From: Eledone cirrhosa
Lineage: Eukaryota
DNA length: 64,000 nucleotides
Assembly: GCA_964016885.1 (NCBI GenBank)
Contig: OZ024751.1
Span: 41,664,001-41,728,000, forward strand
Reading direction: 5' to 3'
Of the stretch, positions 57,497 through 64,000 are shown one piece after another. Below the pieces are notes generated by a model. It made no database searches and was not told where the DNA came from. It was given only the letters and a program-made list of their open reading frames with translations. The first letter of the stretch is position 1; each line of letters begins with the position of its first letter. The position numbers were made by a program, and so were the translations under genes.

Positions 57497-58048
57497 TGGC
57501 TGCCAACTCGTTCTTTCTCGAGTACGGCCACTACTTTATATCTATTTAGGAGAACCCCTACTGATGCGCTGAATGAGTGTGACTTTTTAGTCCAGCCAGC
57601 GACTTGAAAGTTCTGGTACAAAGACTACACTTGTGACAATTATTGACACATAGTGCTGGGCCCATGGTACCATGTGACGACAAGTGCAGAGATCTCCAGA
57701 TATAAAGCAATGCCTGTGCTGTGAAGCTTTTATAGTGAGCAAAGGCACTGCACAAAGCCAGTCCCACTCTCTTAACCAAGATGATATTTACCAAAAAGAA
57801 GAACAAGTCAACATCATTGGATACCAACAGGGTTGCAGGTGTTATATCAGAGTTTTCCTTCTCCTAGAATTCTGCCTTGACAAAGGCTAAGGGGTCATCT
57901 CTCCCGGTGATTTTGGATGGCCATTGACTCTTAAGAGCTCCTTTGCCCTTTGACAGGTTTTGTTTTTAGTCCTGCAGGATGTCCAAAGTCACCCTCCACA
58001 CCAAGAAACCTTGGTGGGGTTGCCAGTTTAGTCGCCAACGACCCGACC
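57495..58048 (-). mobile_element. Bipartite non-autonomous RTE-derived element (RTE 5' part joined to 3' end), apparently full length, in (TA)n
   Basis: The 5' part carries an RTE-type motif (reads agttttccttctcctaga...tgccttgacaaaggct on +). The 3' part encodes a C2H2 remnant CSLCTRTFKSLAGLKSHTHSAH and ends in the gtggccgtactcga...gagttggcagccac hairpin. Confidence 0.75.
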
Positions 58049-58064
58049 ATATATATATATATAC

Positions 58065-58163
<99 letters not shown>

Positions 58164-58214
58164 AATATAAATATATATATTTATATACACATACATATAT
58201 ATATTTATATATTC

Positions 58215-58797
<583 letters not shown>

Positions 58798-58798
58798 A

Positions 58799-58856
<58 letters not shown>

Positions 58857-59008
58857 CGCATTATTCATGCTGTCACTGTTTCCTAACTGTTTGTGTTCAC
58901 CCTGGGGAGAAATTTATTTATTACTCTTTCATTGAGTGCTTTATGACAGTCTTCGATGATTCGATTGGTCAACTGGTATTCTGCAGCTGCAGCTTCGATT
59001 ATAATTAT

Positions 59009-59062
<54 letters not shown>

Positions 59063-59314
59063 AATAATAAATACAAAGACCAAAATCCAGACGAATAACT
59101 GAAAATGATTTTAAAGTGCCTAAAAACAGTATTTATGTTTAAAGCAGGCAACGATAATCTCCATTACTTATTCCCAATGTATTACTGGTATTGGTTTTAT
59201 CAACTAAGGAGTAATAGTAAAGTGATGTGACTGTTGGTGGGATTTAATCTCAGAATATGGAGATCACGGCCTTTGGTGTTAAACTTGGTTGACATTATTG
59301 AACTGGGGATAAAA

Positions 59315-59609
59315 TACAACAGCAACAATAGCAACAACAACATTAACGACAATATTAACAACAACAACAACAGCAACACCAACAACAACAACACCAACAA
59401 CAACAGCAACAACGGCAACAACAGCAACAACAGCAACAACAACAACAACAGCCAACAACAACAGCAACAACAACAACAACAACAACAGCAGCAACACTAA
59501 CAGCACAACAGCAAGAACAACAACAGCAACAACAACAGCAACAACAACAGCAACAACAACATTAACGACAACAACAGCAACACCAACAACAGCAGCAACA
59601 TTAACGACG

Positions 59610-59641
<32 letters not shown>

Positions 59642-59908
59642 ATTAACAACAACAACAGCAACACCAACAACAACAACAACAGCAACACCAACAGCAACAG
59701 CACCAACAACAACAACAAAAACAACAACAACAACAGCAGCAGCAACAATAACAACAACAGCAACAACACCAGCAACAACAACAACAACAACAACAACAAC
59801 AGCAACAACAACGACAGCAACAACATTAACGACCACAACAACAACAACAGCAAGAACAGCAGCAACAACAACAACAACAGCGACAACTGCAACAACAACA
59901 ACAACAAC
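59315..59908. repeat. (AAC/AGC)n array
   Basis: Direct reading. Confidence 0.95.
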
Positions 59909-60342
59909 GTCGTTTATATTTTCATTACGTAACATGAGAACGGCAGGCTGACTTATAAAACTATGAGATCATATTCACGACTGCAGGAATATGTTTTATC
60001 AAACGTATCATGTTTTTTTTTTTAAATTCCTTTATTTTCTATTACTCGCGAATATTTGTCTATTATCCAGAAATCATAAAACACAGAATAAAAAGAAGGG
60101 GAGATAAGATCAATAAAAGAAAATGCTAGTTTTGTTCTGTTCAAAGGGAATGACTTCAAGTGGAATAATAATACAGTATCTTCTTTCAACCATAAAACAG
60201 CTGTAATATTTCCCTGAAATTCCCAATAGAAATTTAAATTTAGTTCATGTCAAATTCACATTTCGCTTGAATAAAACCTTACACAAGTAATAGGATCTCG
60301 AGAGGAAATTTAAGAAATTGAAGCAATAGCAATAGGAATCCC

Positions 60343-60433
<91 letters not shown>

Positions 60434-60582
60434 AAAGTTTTATTTAAAATTGTTGGGATACAACAAGTAAATATTTTTATAACTGATATAAAGCACTCGA
60501 CAAGTATTTGGAGTAGATATACTGAAATATGTATAATGAAATAAATATGGTTTTATAAATATAGTTTCCATTTATTAATATC

Positions 60583-60635
<53 letters not shown>

Positions 60636-60884
60636 ACATACATGCATATATACATACGAGCATGTATATATTTATATATCCAGGGAGTAACCAATCGTCC
60701 TTGTTATTTTATTTCACTATATTTATTTCATGCTCGTATGTATATATGCATGTATGTTGTGTGTATGTATGTACTTTGTATCTATGTATGTATATATGCA
60801 TGTATGTTGTGTGTATGTATGTACTTTGTATCTATGTATGTATATATGTATGTATGTTGTGTGTATGTATCTATGTATGTATCT

Positions 60885-61185
60885 TTTTGGTAAATATCAT
60901 CTTGGGTTAAGAGAGTGGGACTGGCTTTGTGCAGTGCCTTTGCTCACTATAAAAGCTTCACGGCACAGGCATTGCTTTATATCTGGAGATCTCTCTGCAC
61001 TTGTCGTCACATGGTACCATGGGCCCAGCACTATGTGTCAATAATTGTCACAAGTGTAGTGTTTGTACCAGAGTTTTCAAGTCGCTGGCTGGACTAAAAA
61101 GTCACACTCGTTCAGCGCATCGGTAGGAGTTCTTCTACATGGATATAAAGTAGTGGCCGTACTCGAAAACGAGTTGGCAGCCACC
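60885..61185 (+). mobile_element. 5'-truncated copy of the RTE-derived element
   Basis: Near-identical to 29920-30222. Confidence 0.85.
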
Positions 61186-61758
61186 ATATATGCATCTATG
61201 TATGTATATATGTATGTATGTTGTGTGTGTGTAACTATGTATGTATATATGTATGTATAAGAGTGATGGCAACATAGTGCACGCAAAGTGTATTACTAAC
61301 AAGCTGCTGTATGTAGAAATTCTATTAGAATCCGATTATTTACTCAAAGCTTTGCTGCCTGGAGCTTTAAACTATTTGTTCAATGGAGAGGAGTTTATCC
61401 CAACGGACAACAATTCAAATTGAATGATACAAAAGACATAAAGGCACTTGAAGGCAATATGGCTGTCTTGAAAATATACATGGATATAATGACGGAATGT
61501 ATGTCAAAATTATAGATAGCTGTGTATGAGGTCCATATTAATATAAAGTATAATATAATCTAAAATTGACTTACGTGTACTGTTCTCATTATGTATGTTT
61601 AAACATAGATAAAGACAGCAACTAACGACTACAAAACTAAGAAACACATATTGCCATATATACATACAACACATACAGATTCAAACTCACAAGTACACAT
61701 ATTTCAAGAGGCCATAATGTATAGATATACATACATATACAAATATATTTATATACAC

Positions 61759-61796
<38 letters not shown>

Positions 61797-61821
61797 TTGT
61801 ATGTGTGTATGTGTGTATGTG

Positions 61822-61875
<54 letters not shown>

Positions 61876-61978
61876 GGGGGGGGGAGGAAAAAGAAGTACT
61901 TCCTAAGTTATTTTAAAGATTCCAATTGCAGTTACCTTTGTGGGATATATTTAAAAAAACCTTACTTTTGGATATATA

Positions 61979-62051
<73 letters not shown>

Positions 62052-62991
62052 GCGTGTGCGTGTGTGTGTATGCGTGTGTGTGTTTATTGTTTTTATTATT
62101 ATCATTATATTTAGATCACTAATCGTAATGGCTTCTTTCTTGAAAAATTCCAGGGCTTTCAAAGGGAAAGATTTAAATATATATAGAATGAAAGAATTTT
62201 AAACTATCGAACTAGGTTAATCTATCGGATTGTTTGTTTTCAATGGTGATAAGAGAAGAGGAAGCGAGATTGAGAGATTGGATACAGAAAAAATATGGGA
62301 CATTGTTAGAGAAAGGATAACCCCCCAGGTTATTTCTAGCTAATGCTTTGGCAATATCTTCAAATATCTTAAATAAGGAATACGGATCTGTGTTGGAAGT
62401 TTTATGGTGAACCGCGAGTAAAACCAACGTACCTATTTAACCACACAGACTCAGAACATATCAATGATAGCAAAATGGCTCGAACGATCGAAAATAGGCG
62501 ATAAGAGAAAAATACACAGCACAAAAAAAGATGAAAAACTACTCAAAAAAAAAACGAAAAAATCCTCAAAAAAAAGACGAAAAAAAATTTTTTTTTAATT
62601 AAAAAAACAAATCCAAACAAAAAAAAATACAGTTCAAGAAAGAAATCAATATTTTGCTTCCTTTCATCAACTATCGAAGTCTATTAAATGTTTCATCTAA
62701 AAGTTTACTCTTCACTGCTTTTAAAACACTGTCTTATCTTCTTCCTGTCAATGAGTGATATACAGAAATGAAAAACAATACCAATAGCTTCTTACTAAAC
62801 ACAAAACAAACAAAACATATTCTAAGCAAGTAGAATCTCAAACTAATGTATTTATTTTTGTCTTTCTTAGAACATTTCTTTGGATTTTCCTATGAGGAAA
62901 CAAATGACGTTAATTATTATATCTATATATCACACATTTAGACATTGGACAGGAGGTAAAGTAGAAACAATTATTATAATATAATATAAAT

Positions 62992-63375
62992 GGGCGGTGG
63001 ATTGGCAGTATCGGTAGAGGGTCGGACGCCATGCTTTGACGCATAGAGTTACAGCCCTTGCCATTCTGAGTTCAAATCCCGTCGAGGTTAACTTTGCGTT
63101 TCATCCGTACGAGGTCGATAAAATAAAGTACCAGTAATATACTGGGATAATTGCTGGCCTTGTGCCAAAAGTAGAAACAATTATTATAATATAATTATAT
63201 GTATCGGTAGAGAGTCGGAAGCCTTGCTTCGCAGCATAGAGTTACGGCCCATTATGATCTGAGTTCAAATCCCATCGGGGTCTATGAAATAAAGTACCAG
63301 TCACGTACTGGGGTCAATTTAATGGACTTTCCCGTCCCCCAAAATTGCTGGCCTTGTGCCTATATAAGAAACAAT
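62992..63375 (+). mobile_element. Two tandem SINE copies
   Basis: 62992-63186 is full length. 63202-63375 has an internal deletion. Confidence 0.9.
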
Positions 63376-64000
63376 TATAATATAATTGTATGTATGGAGC
63401 CATGTGAGATCGACTGAAAAGTTCATAGGCTGAAGTGTTCATAAGCTGACCAAGATACTCTCATGGAACGACTAAATGTGATTTATTTTCAACATAATTA
63501 TGTTATGATAAAATCCCCGTTCAATATAAAGAGCTAGAACAAATATCACAATGGTATAATATCCAATATGGCCGGATGCAGTTATATGCTAATTTACACA
63601 GATATTCAAATGTCGTCAAAAGATTAATAATCAGAGCAACAGTTATGATATAAATTAACACGAATACATAAACATATTAAGGCTTACAATTTGTATACAG
63701 AGTCCACATCAATAATACTGCTACTTAGTTACATTACACATCCTACGCTATAAACACACACTATTCAATAGTAAATCTTACTTAGTACATTTTCTGCACA
63801 AGTCACATACCGACGACGCATATGATTTCGAATATGGTCAACATTAAGTGATCAAATAAATAGATTTGAAGTTAATCACAGAAACTTGAGCCTCGGCAAT
63901 TATTGAAATTTCTTGAATCATTGAAACTGAATTCGCAGCCAGTGAACTCTTTGTGTGGTTTGGATTTGATGTAACTCATAATCAATGTCAAAATGAAAGC

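Noticed and set aside
62992-63090. tRNA gene
   Set aside because: A and B boxes are over-spaced and followed by the SINE core and tail, so this is a SINE head, not a cloverleaf.

Overview
AT-rich, microsatellite-saturated eukaryotic non-coding DNA, probably intronic or intergenic. The SINE repertoire and repeat landscape suggest an octopus or other cephalopod (inference). No host protein-coding exon can be supported, and almost every ORF in the track is a microsatellite artefact. The one real coding segment is a 5'-truncated but uninterrupted Penelope-like element (PLE; RT plus GIY-YIG, Neptune-type) at 6603-7991 (-). Decayed Neptune, Naiad-type PLE, RTE/RTEX, CRE and mariner remnants and about 30 tRNA-derived SINEs are also present. 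The main hidden structure is a population of more than 15 short (150-550 bp) inserts from at least 8 unrelated families, sitting in (TA)n tracts. Most share one architecture: an inverted short arm ending at an internal TA, and a long arm with a 45-100 nt unpaired 3' tail. Many carry a minimal type-I hammerhead ribozyme (HHR) with a palindromic stem III. Several HHRs have non-canonical cores (U3-A8 swap, U4C), some families share fixed 5' ends across independent copies, and termini or flanks are repeatedly copied in inverted orientation across (TA)n. All alignments and folds were done by eye, so boundaries are approximate.
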